NCBI RefSeq assembly: GCF_013282335.1
Contig: NZ_CP043406.1
DNA: 32,000 nucleotides
Origin: Escherichia coli
GTDB lineage: Bacteria > Pseudomonadota > Gammaproteobacteria > Enterobacterales > Enterobacteriaceae
Direction: 5' to 3' (one strand)
Shown: in pieces, positions 18,228 to 32,000 of the stretch
How positions within the stretch are numbered: position 1 is the stretch's first letter
Layout of the letters: each line of letters opens with the position of its first letter
Translations under genes and position numbers: made by a program
The notes under the pieces: generated by a model
Databases searched by the model: none
What the model saw: only the letters and a program-made list of their open reading frames with translations
What the model was told of the DNA's origin: nothing

Positions 18228-20126
18228 TTATAAATACGTCTTTAGTTCATCAGCACTAAAACTCAGGCTTTGGCTGATTACGTTTATAGCAGCATAATAT
18301 GTTTCTACAGTTTTATAATGATTATGATGAATGGCTATATGAACAGCTGACATGTTGTCATGATTTTTAGCGGCCAACAATGTGAATAACTGACATTGAC
18401 TAAAAGAATATTTTTTTGCAAAAGTACCCAGCGTTGATATATAAGATAACACGACGTCTTTATTACCCTTGCTCATGGCGATGTATAAAGCAGGGGTTCC
18501 ATGTGCTGTTGCGCCTTTTAATAAATCCATGATGTTAATTTTGCTGAGGTTATATTTAACAGCGATTCCATAAACTTTAGAGAGGAACCGTGTGACACAC
18601 AAAGGGTGATTATTTTCCATTGCGGCATATAATCCTGGCTCACCATCACGTGTTTTCATTGCTAAAATATCCATCACCATTTTTTTGCTTAAAAGCTCTT
18701 GTGTTATTGGAGTGGTTAATGCATTCAGAAAGATATCGATTATTTCATCGAATCCATACAACATGGAGATATAGAGTCCAGGTGTTTCGTTAGCACTTTT
18801 AGTTTGCAGTAATTTAACCAGATTATCTTCATGAATGATATGATTATCTACCAGTGACTGAATTTCTTGCATAAATATTTTTACGTTGTCAGTATGTCCG
18901 TTCATCATAGCCAGAAATAAAGCAGGTGTACCAACGCTATTCTGCGCAGTTATTATTTCAATGATTTCTTTTTCAGGGAGTATGGGTAACTGTTTGAATA
19001 ATGTAATAAGCTGTTGAGTCTGGCCTGTGGCCATTATTAACAACATTGCCGATGGATGTATAGGGGCAAATGGCATTCGTGATGCAATACCCGCGAAAAT
19101 AGCCCCTGGAACTCCCTCAGGTAATAGGGGCAGAAAAGCAATTGCACAGTTGCGAACATACCTATCAGCCCAGGTCTGAGCATCGGGACCTGAACTGATG
19201 AACTTATCGAGCGAGAGAAAGCCCCGTGCTGTCCTGTGGGTGCCTCTGACGGCAACGTTGGTATCGTTCGGGTCGTAAACGGACACAACATAATTTAATT
19301 GCCCATACGCTGACTGCTTTATTCGTAGCCTTACTGACAAAGTATGATTGTCTATATATAAAATCGCGGACATATGACTGACATTGTTTGCCATCATTCG
19401 ACAGAAGAAAATATCTAAAGCGAAGCCAAAATCCTTACTCGCGATAACGCGACTCCCTGCAGGAGGATGGCGAAGTAATGATCTGAACTCCGCGTCCCGG
19501 ACTAAGGGAACATGCTGCTGTATGGATTCAACGGAGGAGTAATGTTTAATCAGATTGACTTTGCCTTTTCCATTTCTCAGTGAATCAAGTGCGTATTGCA
19601 ATGACAGATGGCGACAAAAAATAGCGTCAGAAGGAGATTGCGAAAAAAATGCACTACCATTGAGATTTACTGTTGGTTGTATAGTTTTTTCTCTATGGAT
19701 TTTTTTAGACAGTTTCATACAATGGTTACGATTTTCGGCAGTTAACTGTTCCTGTTCAATATAATCCAGTATGCTTCGCAAATGGTTAGCTTTAATAGGC
19801 GTGGTTTCCAGTAATAAGGAAATGATTTCTTTTTTATAGTGTAATGTAATGAGTATATTTTCTGCATGGATGGGTGAAGTGGCAAAGTTAATGGTAAAAA
19901 GGGCAGTGGAATAACAATTTTGTGATATTTTTCGACAGTTTGCGGTAAATTCCTGAGTAACACAGTATGACAGCATCGAACTTAAGTCAGAGGTATCAAG
20001 TAGGGTGATGAGTTGGCGCGCAAATTGATTAATAGGCTCTGATGAAGGCGTTGGTATGTCGCTATCGATGTGCATTCTATGAGGAGACTTATAATGAGTT
20101 CTGATAATAATGTCGTTTTGACTCAT
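18228..20126 (-). CDS. arpB: ankyrin-repeat protein ArpB, apparently intact (632 aa)
   Basis: The ORF is uninterrupted and recognised as ArpB. The C-terminal ~275 aa form six ankyrin-like units, each with a core of the form TPALF/YxAMxxGhxxxV. The N-terminal ~350 aa are non-repetitive. The gene is markedly AT-rich compared with the flanking thrS. As I recall, the K-12 MG1655 copy is annotated as a frameshifted pseudogene. Confidence 0.88.
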   Translation of the reverse strand: MSQNDIIIRTHYKSPHRMHIDSDIPTPSSEPINQFARQLITLLDTSDLSSMLSYCVTQEFTANCRKISQNCYSTALFTINFATSPIHAENILITLHYKKEIISLLLETTPIKANHLRSILDYIEQEQLTAENRNHCMKLSKKIHREKTIQPTVNLNGSAFFSQSPSDAIFCRHLSLQYALDSLRNGKGKVNLIKHYSSVESIQQHVPLVRDAEFRSLLRHPPAGSRVIASKDFGFALDIFFCRMMANNVSHMSAILYIDNHTLSVRLRIKQSAYGQLNYVVSVYDPNDTNVAVRGTHRTARGFLSLDKFISSGPDAQTWADRYVRNCAIAFLPLLPEGVPGAIFAGIASRMPFAPIHPSAMLLIMATGQTQQLITLFKQLPILPEKEIIEIITAQNSVGTPALFLAMMNGHTDNVKIFMQEIQSLVDNHIIHEDNLVKLLQTKSANETPGLYISMLYGFDEIIDIFLNALTTPITQELLSKKMVMDILAMKTRDGEPGLYAAMENNHPLCVTRFLSKVYGIAVKYNLSKINIMDLLKGATAHGTPALYIAMSKGNKDVVLSYISTLGTFAKKYSFSQCQLFTLLAAKNHDNMSAVHIAIHHNHYKTVETYYAAINVISQSLSFSADELKTYL

Positions 20127-20532
20127 AATCTATTCGCCTTATATATGTCTGGAGGTTTTGAGGATGATGATTAATTATTATCGCCAGAACGAAATGTGCA
20201 CGAAAAATTGCTATAAGAATTGTGTCACTTTTATCATTGTGATATGACCACTTCGTCATTAATCTTATGATCGTTTAAATAGTACCGCCAAATCACGCAA
20301 CGAACTTTGCTGGATTCAGTTTATGCTGCTGCAAATCCGCTCGCAGTAAACCTTTCAGACGCTCCGTGATGTTATCAGTGGTTCTTTAAGCGTTTTGCTG
20401 GTGTACTCACTACAAACGAATTGCGAATCGAATCAATGTGAAACGGAAAGGTACAATCTCCCTTTTTTTAGTGTTAACATCGTTCAACCGGGTGGAAGGT
20501 GAGAGGTTAATGTCTTTCATTTGTGTACCTGA

Positions 20533-20648
20533 TTGCGAACCAATTTAGCATTTGTTGGCTAGATGGTTTCGCAATGAACTGTTAATAAACAAATTTTTCT
20601 TTGTATGTGATCTTTCGTGTGGGTCACCACTGCAAATAAGGATATAAA
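20533..20648 (+). promoter_or_regulatory. thrS translational operator (tRNA-Thr mimic leader)
   Basis: Two hairpins are visible. The first is ttgcgaacca (20533-20542) / tggtttcgcaa (20564-20574). The second is gtgatc (20607-20612) / ggtcac (20622-20627), whose loop carries CGU and which sits just 5' of the SD aaggat and the ATG. This matches the published ThrRS autoregulatory operator domains 4 and 2. Confidence 0.8.
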
Positions 20649-22577
20649 ATGCCTGTTATAACTCTTCCTGATGGCAGCCAACGCCATTACGACCACGCTG
20701 TAAGCCCCATGGATGTTGCGCTGGACATTGGTCCAGGTCTGGCGAAAGCCTGTATCGCAGGGCGCGTTAATGGCGAACTGGTTGATGCTTGCGATCTGAT
20801 TGAAAACGACGCACAACTGTCGATCATTACCGCCAAAGACGAAGAAGGTCTGGAGATCATTCGTCACTCCTGTGCGCACCTGTTAGGGCACGCGATTAAA
20901 CAACTTTGGCCGCATACCAAAATGGCAATCGGCCCGGTTATTGACAACGGTTTTTATTACGACGTTGATCTTGACCGCACGTTAACCCAGGAAGATGTCG
21001 AAGCACTCGAGAAGCGGATGCATGAGCTTGCTGAGAAAAACTACGACGTCATTAAGAAGAAAGTCAGCTGGCACGAAGCGCGTGAAACTTTCGCCAACCG
21101 TGGGGAGAGCTACAAAGTCTCCATTCTTGACGAAAACATCGCCCATGATGACAAGCCAGGTCTGTACTTCCATGAAGAATATGTCGATATGTGCCGCGGT
21201 CCGCACGTACCGAACATGCGTTTCTGCCATCATTTCAAACTAATGAAAACGGCAGGGGCTTACTGGCGTGGCGACAGCAACAACAAAATGTTGCAACGTA
21301 TTTACGGTACGGCGTGGGCAGACAAAAAAGCGCTTAACGCTTACCTGCAGCGCCTGGAAGAAGCCGCGAAACGCGACCACCGTAAAATCGGTAAACAGCT
21401 CGACCTGTACCATATGCAGGAAGAAGCACCGGGTATGGTCTTCTGGCACAACGATGGCTGGACCATCTTCCGTGAACTGGAAGTGTTTGTTCGTTCTAAA
21501 CTGAAAGAGTACCAGTATCAGGAAGTTAAAGGTCCGTTCATGATGGACCGTGTTCTGTGGGAAAAAACCGGTCACTGGGACAACTACAAAGATGCAATGT
21601 TCACCACGTCTTCTGAGAACCGTGAATACTGCATTAAGCCGATGAACTGCCCGGGTCACGTACAAATTTTCAACCAGGGGCTGAAGTCTTATCGCGATCT
21701 GCCGCTGCGTATGGCCGAGTTTGGTAGCTGCCACCGTAACGAGCCGTCAGGTTCGCTGCATGGCCTGATGCGTGTACGTGGTTTTACCCAGGATGACGCG
21801 CATATCTTCTGTACTGAAGAACAAATTCGCGATGAAGTTAACGGATGTATCCGTTTAGTCTATGATATGTACAGCACTTTTGGCTTCGAGAAGATCGTCG
21901 TCAAACTCTCCACTCGTCCTGAAAAACGTATTGGCAGCGACGAAATGTGGGATCGTGCTGAGGCGGACCTGGCGGTTGCGCTGGAAGAAAACAACATCCC
22001 GTTTGAATATCAACTGGGTGAAGGCGCTTTCTACGGTCCGAAAATTGAATTTACCCTGTATGACTGCCTCGATCGTGCATGGCAGTGCGGTACAGTACAG
22101 CTGGACTTCTCCTTGCCGTCTCGTCTGAGCGCCTCCTATGTGGGCGAAGACAACGAGCGTAAGGTACCGGTTATGATTCACCGCGCAATTCTGGGGTCGA
22201 TGGAACGTTTCATCGGTATCCTGACCGAAGAATTCGCTGGTTTCTTCCCGACCTGGCTTGCGCCGGTTCAGGTTGTTATCATGAATATTACCGATTCACA
22301 GTCTGAATACGTTAACGAATTGACGCAAAAACTATCAAATGCGGGCATTCGTGTTAAAGCAGACTTGAGAAATGAGAAGATTGGCTTTAAAATCCGCGAG
22401 CACACTTTGCGTCGCGTCCCGTATATGCTGGTCTGTGGTGATAAAGAGGTGGAATCAGGCAAAGTTGCCGTTCGCACCCGCCGTGGTAAAGACCTGGGAA
22501 GCATGGACGTAAATGAAGTGATCGAGAAGCTGCAACAAGAGATTCGCAGCCGCAGTCTTAAACAATTGGAGGAATAA
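20649..22577 (+). CDS. thrS: threonine--tRNA ligase
   Basis: The 642-aa ORF is recognised as ThrRS. It has an N-terminal TGS domain, class II motifs (..[27 protein letters not shown]..) and a C-terminal anticodon-binding domain. Confidence 0.98.
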
Positions 22578-23123
<546 letters not shown>

Positions 23124-23143
23124 GGCCTTCAAGTAGCACTGTC

Positions 23144-23165
23144 TGTGGAGCCTTTGGGCTTCACA
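23144..23165 (+). promoter_or_regulatory. hairpin in the infC-rpmI spacer, part of the L20 translational operator
   Basis: Stem tgtggagcc / ggcttcaca (one G-U pair) with loop tttg, 55 nt upstream of rpmI. L20 is known to repress rpmI-rplT via structures in this leader. My assignment of this exact hairpin is from memory. Confidence 0.45.
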
Positions 23166-23195
23166 GGCATTGTTCGCCTTTGTTTCGTTTATTAA

Positions 23196-23417
<222 letters not shown>

Positions 23418-23442
23418 GCCGTTAACGTTTTTAACTTTTTAA

Positions 23443-23826
<384 letters not shown>

Positions 23827-23836
23827 GCCAGTTGAA

Positions 23837-23861
23837 AGAGGGAGCTAGTCTCCCTCTTTTC
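23837..23861 (+). terminator. intrinsic terminator after rplT
   Basis: Stem agagggag / ctccctct with loop ctagt, followed by tttcgttt. Confidence 0.75.
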
Positions 23862-23948
23862 GTTTCAACGCCATCAAAACATTGACTTTTATCGCCGTAG
23901 CCTTTTCAATAAAGGTCTTTTGAAAAGTACCAAAAGGTAACGCAAGCA

Positions 23949-23993
23949 ATGAATGCTGCTATTTTCCGCTTCTTTTTTTACTTTAGCTCCTGA
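23949..23993 (+). CDS. pheM: pheST operon leader peptide (Phe-rich, 14 aa)
   Basis: ATG AAT GCT GCT ATT TTC CGC TTC TTT TTT TAC TTT AGC TCC TGA translates to MNAAIFRFFFYFSS, with 5 Phe codons among 14. This is the classical attenuation leader. The last residue differs from the K-12 sequence I recall (T). Confidence 0.9.
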   Translation: MNAAIFRFFFYFSS

Positions 23994-24040
23994 CTCCAGG
24001 AGGCTAGCGCGTGAGAAGAGAAACGGAAAACAGCGCCTGA

Positions 24041-24066
24041 AAGCCTCCCAGTGGAGGCTTTTTTTG
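24041..24066 (+). terminator. pheST attenuator terminator
   Basis: Stem aagcctcc / ggaggctt followed by a T run. An upstream copy of GGAGGCT (23999-24005) can pair with the same AGCCTCC (24042-24048), which gives the antiterminator alternative. Confidence 0.85.
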
Positions 24067-24089
24067 TATGCGCGTTTTGAAAAAATTAA

Positions 24090-25115
<1,026 letters not shown>

Positions 25116-25126
25116 GGCAGGAATAG

Positions 25127-27517
<2,391 letters not shown>

Positions 27518-27521
27518 ACCT

Positions 27522-27821
27522 ATGGCGCTTACAAAAGCTGAAATGTCAGAATATCTGTTTGATAAGCTTGGGCTTAGCAAGCGGGATGCCAAAGAACTGG
27601 TTGAACTGTTTTTCGAAGAGATCCGTCGCGCTCTGGAAAACGGCGAACAGGTGAAACTCTCTGGTTTTGGTAACTTCGATCTGCGTGATAAGAATCAACG
27701 CCCGGGACGTAACCCGAAAACGGGCGAGGATATTCCCATTACAGCACGGCGCGTGGTGACCTTCAGACCCGGGCAGAAGTTAAAAAGCCGGGTCGAAAAC
27801 GCTTCGCCCAAAGACGAGTAA
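27522..27821 (+). CDS. ihfA: integration host factor alpha subunit
   Basis: The 99-aa ORF is recognised as IHF-alpha ([52 protein letters not shown]...). Confidence 0.98.
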
Positions 27822-27833
27822 TCTGATCTAACT

Positions 27834-27860
27834 AAAAAGGCCGCTCTGCGGCCTTTTTTC
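27834..27860 (+). terminator. intrinsic (bidirectional-looking) terminator after ihfA
   Basis: aaaaaggccgc-tct-gcggcctttttt, a GC stem flanked by an A run and a T run. Confidence 0.85.
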
Positions 27861-27921
27861 TTTTCACTGTCGAAGAGTCACCGTAAAATCAACGCCATGA
27901 CACTTCAGCAGAACGGATACC

Positions 27922-28902
27922 ATGCTGACACTTGCCCGCCAACAACAGCGACAAAATATTCGCTGGTTATTATGCCTGTCAGTTTTGATGCTGCTGGCGC
28001 TTCTCTTAAGCCTTTGCGCCGGTGAACAATGGATTTCGCCCGGTGACTGGTCTACTCCTCGTGGCGAACTGTTCGTCTGGCAAATTCGCCTGCCACGTAC
28101 GCTGGCTGTATTGCTGGTTGGTGCGGCGCTGGCTATATCCGGCGCAGTAATGCAGGCGTTGTTTGAAAATCCTCTGGCAGAACCTGGACTACTTGGCGTC
28201 TCTAACGGCGCAGGCGTAGGGCTTATCGCCGCGGTGTTGCTTGGGCAAGGGCAACTCCCAAACTGGGCACTAGGGCTGTGTGCGATTGCTGGCGCGCTTA
28301 TCATCACTTTAATACTCTTACGTTTCGCCCGTCGTCATCTTTCGACCAGTCGGTTATTGCTGGCTGGCGTTGCATTAGGGATTATCTGTAGCGCACTAAT
28401 GACGTGGGCTATCTACTTTTCCACCTCTGTTGATTTACGTCAGCTGATGTACTGGATGATGGGCGGTTTTGGCGGCGTAGACTGGCGGCAAAGCTGGCTG
28501 ATGCTGGCATTGATCCCCGTGTTGTTGTGGATCTGTTGTCAGTCCAGGCCGATGAATATGTTAGCACTTGGCGAGATCTCGGCGCGGCAACTGGGTTTAC
28601 CCCTGTGGTTCTGGCGCAATGTGCTGGTGGCAGCGACCGGCTGGATGGTTGGCGTCAGTGTGGCGCTGGCGGGTGCTATCGGCTTTATTGGTCTGGTGAT
28701 CCCCCATATTCTCCGGTTATGTGGTTTAACCGATCATCGCGTATTACTTCCCGGCTGCGCGCTGGCAGGGGCGAGCGCATTGCTGCTGGCTGATGTTGTA
28801 GCGCGCCTGGCATTAGCTGCCGCAGAGCTGCCTATTGGCGTGGTCACCGCAACGTTGGGTGCGCCGGTGTTTATCTGGTTATTGTTAAAAGCAGGACGTT
28901 AG
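27922..28902 (+). CDS. btuC: vitamin B12 ABC transporter permease
   Basis: The 326-aa polytopic ORF is recognised as BtuC (FecCD family). Confidence 0.97.
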   Translation: MLTLARQQQRQNIRWLLCLSVLMLLALLLSLCAGEQWISPGDWSTPRGELFVWQIRLPRTLAVLLVGAALAISGAVMQALFENPLAEPGLLGVSNGAGVGLIAAVLLGQGQLPNWALGLCAIAGALIITLILLRFARRHLSTSRLLLAGVALGIICSALMTWAIYFSTSVDLRQLMYWMMGGFGGVDWRQSWLMLALIPVLLWICCQSRPMNMLALGEISARQLGLPLWFWRNVLVAATGWMVGVSVALAGAIGFIGLVIPHILRLCGLTDHRVLLPGCALAGASALLLADVVARLALAAAELPIGVVTATLGAPVFIWLLLKAGR

Positions 28903-28964
28903 CCGCAAAAAGACGGTCTATGATTAAAAGCTAAGATTTTTACTGACCACACCCAGGAGAAACG

Positions 28965-29516
28965 ATGCAAGATTCCATTCTGACGACCGTAGTGAAAGAT
29001 ATCGACGGTGAAGTGACCACGCTGGAGAAGTACGCCGGTAATGTGCTGTTGATTGTCAATGTCGCCTCAAAGTGTGGCTTAACGCCGCAATATGAGCAGT
29101 TGGAGAATATTCAGAAAGCCTGGGCCGATCGTGGTTTTGTGGTGCTGGGATTCCCGTGCAACCAGTTTCTGGAGCAAGAACCGGGCAGCGATGAAGAGAT
29201 TAAAACTTACTGCACCACTACATGGGGGGTGACGTTCCCGATGTTCAGTAAGATTGAAGTTAATGGCGAAGGACGCCATCCGCTGTATCAAAAATTGATT
29301 GCCGCAGCGCCGACCGCAGTCGCGCCGGAAGAGAGCGGATTCTATGCCCGTATGGTCAGCAAAGGTCGTGCACCGCTGTACCCTGATGATATTTTATGGA
29401 ATTTTGAGAAATTTTTAGTTGGCAGGGACGGATTGGTAATCCAGCGTTTTTCCCCGGATATGACGCCGGAAGATCCCATTGTGATGGAAAGCATTAAACT
29501 GGCGTTGGCGAAATAA
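28965..29516 (+). CDS. btuE: thioredoxin/glutathione peroxidase BtuE
   Basis: The 183-aa ORF is recognised as BtuE. GPx-family motifs are present: [12 protein letters not shown] with the peroxidatic Cys, FPCNQF and WNFEKFLV. Confidence 0.96.
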
Positions 29517-30265
29517 TGTCTATTGTGATGCAGCTACAGGATGTTGCGGAATCAACCCGCCTTGGGCCGCTTTCTGGCGAGGTTCGGGCAGGGGAGATCC
29601 TGCATCTGGTGGGGCCGAATGGCGCGGGTAAGAGTACCTTACTGGCGCGAATGGCCGGAATGACCAGCGGTAAGGGAAGCATTCAGTTCGCGGGGCAACC
29701 ACTGGAAGCATGGTCCGCAACAAAACTCGCGCTGCATCGCGCCTATCTTTCACAACAGCAGACGCCGCCGTTTGCAATGCCGGTCTGGCACTACCTGACA
29801 CTGCATCAGCACGATAAAACGCGTACCGAACTACTGAATGATGTCGCAGGGGCGCTGGCTCTTGATGACAAACTCGGACGGAGCACCAATCAACTTTCCG
29901 GCGGTGAATGGCAACGCGTACGTCTTGCTGCGGTGGTGTTGCAAATCACACCACAAGCCAATCCCGCAGGCCAATTGCTGCTTCTTGATGAGCCGATGAA
30001 CAGTCTTGATGTTGCGCAACAAAGTGCGTTAGACAAAATTCTGAGCGCGCTGTGTCAGCAAGGACTGGCGATTGTGATGAGCAGTCACGATCTCAACCAC
30101 ACATTGCGTCATGCGCATCGGGCATGGTTGCTAAAAGGTGGAAAAATGCTGGCCAGTGGACGCAGGGAAGAGGTGCTCACGCCGCCAAATCTGGCGCAGG
30201 CCTATGGGATGAATTTTCGCCGTCTGGATATCGAAGGTCACCGAATGCTGATTTCGACCATTTGA
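29516..30265 (+). CDS. btuD: vitamin B12 ABC transporter ATP-binding protein
   Basis: The 249-aa ORF is recognised as BtuD, with Walker [10 protein letters not shown], signature LSGGEWQRV and Walker B LLLLDEP. The start overlaps the btuE stop as TAATG. Confidence 0.97.
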
Positions 30266-30342
30266 TTTCATTAGTATCTTGAAAATCGGGTAATTACGAC
30301 GCTAAATTAATGCAAGAATAAAAAACAGAGGAACCGTACGGA

Positions 30343-30807
30343 ATGCGTTTCTGCCTTATTTTGATCACAGCACTGTTTCTGGCCGGGTGTAGCCACCATA
30401 AAGCACCGCCGCCAAATGCCAGACTTTCTGATTCGATTACCGTTATTGCCGGTTTGAACGACCAGCTACAGAGCTGGCATGGCACGCCGTATCGTTATGG
30501 TGGCATGACGCGGCGCGGTGTGGACTGTTCGGGATTTGTGGTTGTGACGATGCGCGATCGTTTCGATTTGCAGCTGCCCCGAGAAACCAAAGAACAAGCC
30601 TCTATCGGCACGCAAATTGATAAAGACGAGTTGCTGCCTGGTGACCTGGTCTTTTTCAAAACGGGCTCCGGACAAAATGGTTTGCATGTAGGTATTTACG
30701 ATACCAACAACCAATTTATCCACGCCTCTACCAGCAAGGGAGTGATGCGTTCCTCACTTGATAATGTCTATTGGCAGAAAAATTTCTGGCAGGCGAGACG
30801 AATCTAG
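30343..30807 (+). CDS. nlpC: NlpC/P60-family lipoprotein (putative peptidoglycan endopeptidase)
   Basis: The 154-aa ORF is recognised as NlpC. It has lipobox LAGC and the catalytic Cys motif GVDCSGFV, with downstream His residues (LHVGIY, FIHAS). Confidence 0.95.
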   Translation: MRFCLILITALFLAGCSHHKAPPPNARLSDSITVIAGLNDQLQSWHGTPYRYGGMTRRGVDCSGFVVVTMRDRFDLQLPRETKEQASIGTQIDKDELLPGDLVFFKTGSGQNGLHVGIYDTNNQFIHASTSKGVMRSSLDNVYWQKNFWQARRI

Positions 30808-30826
30808 TATGTCGAAAAATGGACGG

Positions 30827-30859
30827 CGATGATACATCGCCGTCCATTTACTCCAGAAT
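30827..30859 (+). terminator. hairpin terminator after nlpC
   Basis: Perfect 15-bp stem aaatggacggcgatg / catcgccgtccattt with loop ata, 20 nt after the nlpC stop. Confidence 0.7.
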
Positions 30860-31053
30860 ACAGTAGTATTTTGCAGACAAAAATTCCGTAAATGGATTAT
30901 TCGTTTATAATCAGGATAATCTAAAAAAAGGACCCCTGAAAAAGTGGTTAACATGGAACAAATGAAAGTTACTCCTTCTGTAATTGTTATGTCTTATGGC
31001 CTCATCCCTTTTAGCCGGATACTGAAAAACATCCTTCGAGAGGGACGGTTACC

Positions 31054-31767
31054 ATGAAGATTTTTTTGGAGAATCTTTATCATTCTGATTGCTATTTCCT
31101 GCCGATAAGAGATAACCAGCAAGACCTTGTCGGCGTTGAGTTAATTACCCATTTCTCCAGTGAAGATGGTACGGTTCGTATCCCGACGAGTCGGGTTATA
31201 GCGCAACTTACCGCGGAGCAACATTGGCAATTATTTTCAGAGCAGTTGGAATTACTAAAATCATGCCAACACTTTTTTATTCAACATAAACTCTTTGCCT
31301 GGCTTAATTTAACGCCACAAGTGGCTACTTTATTATTAGACAGGGATAATTACGCAGGCGAACTATTAAAATATCCGTTTATTGAACTGTTGATTAATGA
31401 GAATTACCCGCATCTCGATGAAGGAAAAGATAATCGCGATCTTTTGTCCTTATCGCAAATGTATCCCCTTGTGTTAGGTAATTTGGGCGCAGGCAATAGC
31501 ACAATGAAAGCGGTTTTTGATGGTCTTTTCACCCGCGTCATGCTGGATAAAAGTTTTATTCAGCAACAAATCACGCACCGCTCCTTCGAACCGTTTATTC
31601 GTGCGATCCAGGCGCAAATTTCCCCATGTTGCAATTGCATCATCGCGGGGGGCATTGATACGCCAGAAATAATGGCACAGATTACCCCCTTCGATTTCCA
31701 TGCTCTCCAGGGATGCCTGTGGCCTGCCGTTCCCATAAATCAGATAACGACGTTGGTTCAGCGATAA
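31054..31767 (+). CDS. ydiV: degenerate EAL-domain anti-FlhD4C2 factor YdiV
   Basis: The 237-aa ORF is recognised as YdiV (MKIFLENLYHSDCYFLPIRDNQQ...). It has an EAL-like fold lacking the catalytic signature. SD gaggga lies 8 nt upstream. Confidence 0.94.
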   Translation: MKIFLENLYHSDCYFLPIRDNQQDLVGVELITHFSSEDGTVRIPTSRVIAQLTAEQHWQLFSEQLELLKSCQHFFIQHKLFAWLNLTPQVATLLLDRDNYAGELLKYPFIELLINENYPHLDEGKDNRDLLSLSQMYPLVLGNLGAGNSTMKAVFDGLFTRVMLDKSFIQQQITHRSFEPFIRAIQAQISPCCNCIIAGGIDTPEIMAQITPFDFHALQGCLWPAVPINQITTLVQR

Positions 31768-31829
31768 CCCTCCTGTTTGCTGGTGTTTAAGACGAGAGTA
31801 ACCGTCTACACTATCAAACAGGAGGATCT

Positions 31830-32000
31830 ATGACCCTGTCTTTTGTTACCCGCTGGCGCGATGAATTGCCAGGAACCTATACAGCACTTTCCCCTACGCC
31901 TTTAAATAATGCCCGGCTGATTTGGCATAATACCGAACTCGCTAACACGCTGAGTATTCCATCGTCGCTGTTTAAAAATGACGCAGGTGTCTGGGGCGGC
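31830..32000 (+). CDS. selO: protein adenylyltransferase/UMPylase SelO (YdiU), 5' partial, continues beyond the window
   Basis: The ATG at 31830 follows SD caggagga. The translation [57 protein letters not shown] is recognised as the SelO/YdiU N terminus. The frame is open to the window end. Confidence 0.9.
   Translation, partial: MTLSFVTRWRDELPGTYTALSPTPLNNARLIWHNTELANTLSIPSSLFKNDAGVWGG

Noticed and set aside
20296-20385. 30-codon open stretch on the minus strand (RTTDNITERLKGLLRADLQQHKLNPAKFVA) in a patch of normal G+C between arpB and the thrS leader, which looks like the C-terminal remnant of a lost gene
   Set aside because: It is bounded by stop codons with no start codon. It is too short to assign and I do not recognise the peptide. 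It may be a gene fragment, but that cannot be supported without tblastn against other Enterobacteriaceae.
30754-30954. 66-aa minus-strand ORF spanning the nlpC 3' end, its terminator hairpin and the ydiV upstream region
   Set aside because: It overlaps the nlpC coding sequence and a perfect 15-bp terminator stem. It has no SD, and its product is an unremarkable hydrophobic string.

Overview
This window is Escherichia coli-type core chromosome. As far as I recall it is colinear with the K-12 nadE-to-selO segment, read in reverse orientation. I can place about 37 protein genes: nadE, osmE, the chitobiose operon chbBCARFG, katE, cedA, ydjO, tcyP(ydjN), ydjM, hxpB(yniC), yniB, yniA, ydiZ, pfkB, ydiY, yniD, arpB, the thrS-infC-rpmI-rplT-pheM-pheST-ihfA translation cluster, btuCED, nlpC, ydiV and the 5' end of selO(ydiU). 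The classical cis-regulatory RNA and DNA elements are readable in the sequence. These include the infC AUU start, thrS operator hairpins, pheM attenuator, ChiX decoy site in the chbB-chbC spacer, tandem LexA boxes at ydjM, a CAP site at chb, a REP element and many intrinsic terminators. I see no rRNA, tRNA, CRISPR array, IS element, integrase or prophage fragment. I find no convincing multi-gene novel system, because every gap between recognised genes is too small to hide one. Five things are worth a second look. (1) arpB is an uninterrupted 632-aa ORF on an AT-rich single-gene islet, with an uncharacterised N-terminal domain fused to six ~48-aa ankyrin-like repeats and flanked by a 13-nt direct repeat. 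(2) ydjO is an AT-rich orphan islet abutting tcyP tail-to-tail with only 3 nt between stop codons. (3) The ydiY leader has a near-consensus promoter followed by a terminator-like hairpin with a U7 tract, 20 nt before the start codon. (4) A 34-codon upstream ORF has a stop that overlaps the ydiV start as ATGA. (5) pfkB-ydiZ-yniA form a co-directional trio around the uncharacterised YdiZ. All gene identities come from my recognition of the translated sequences and motifs. No database search was run.
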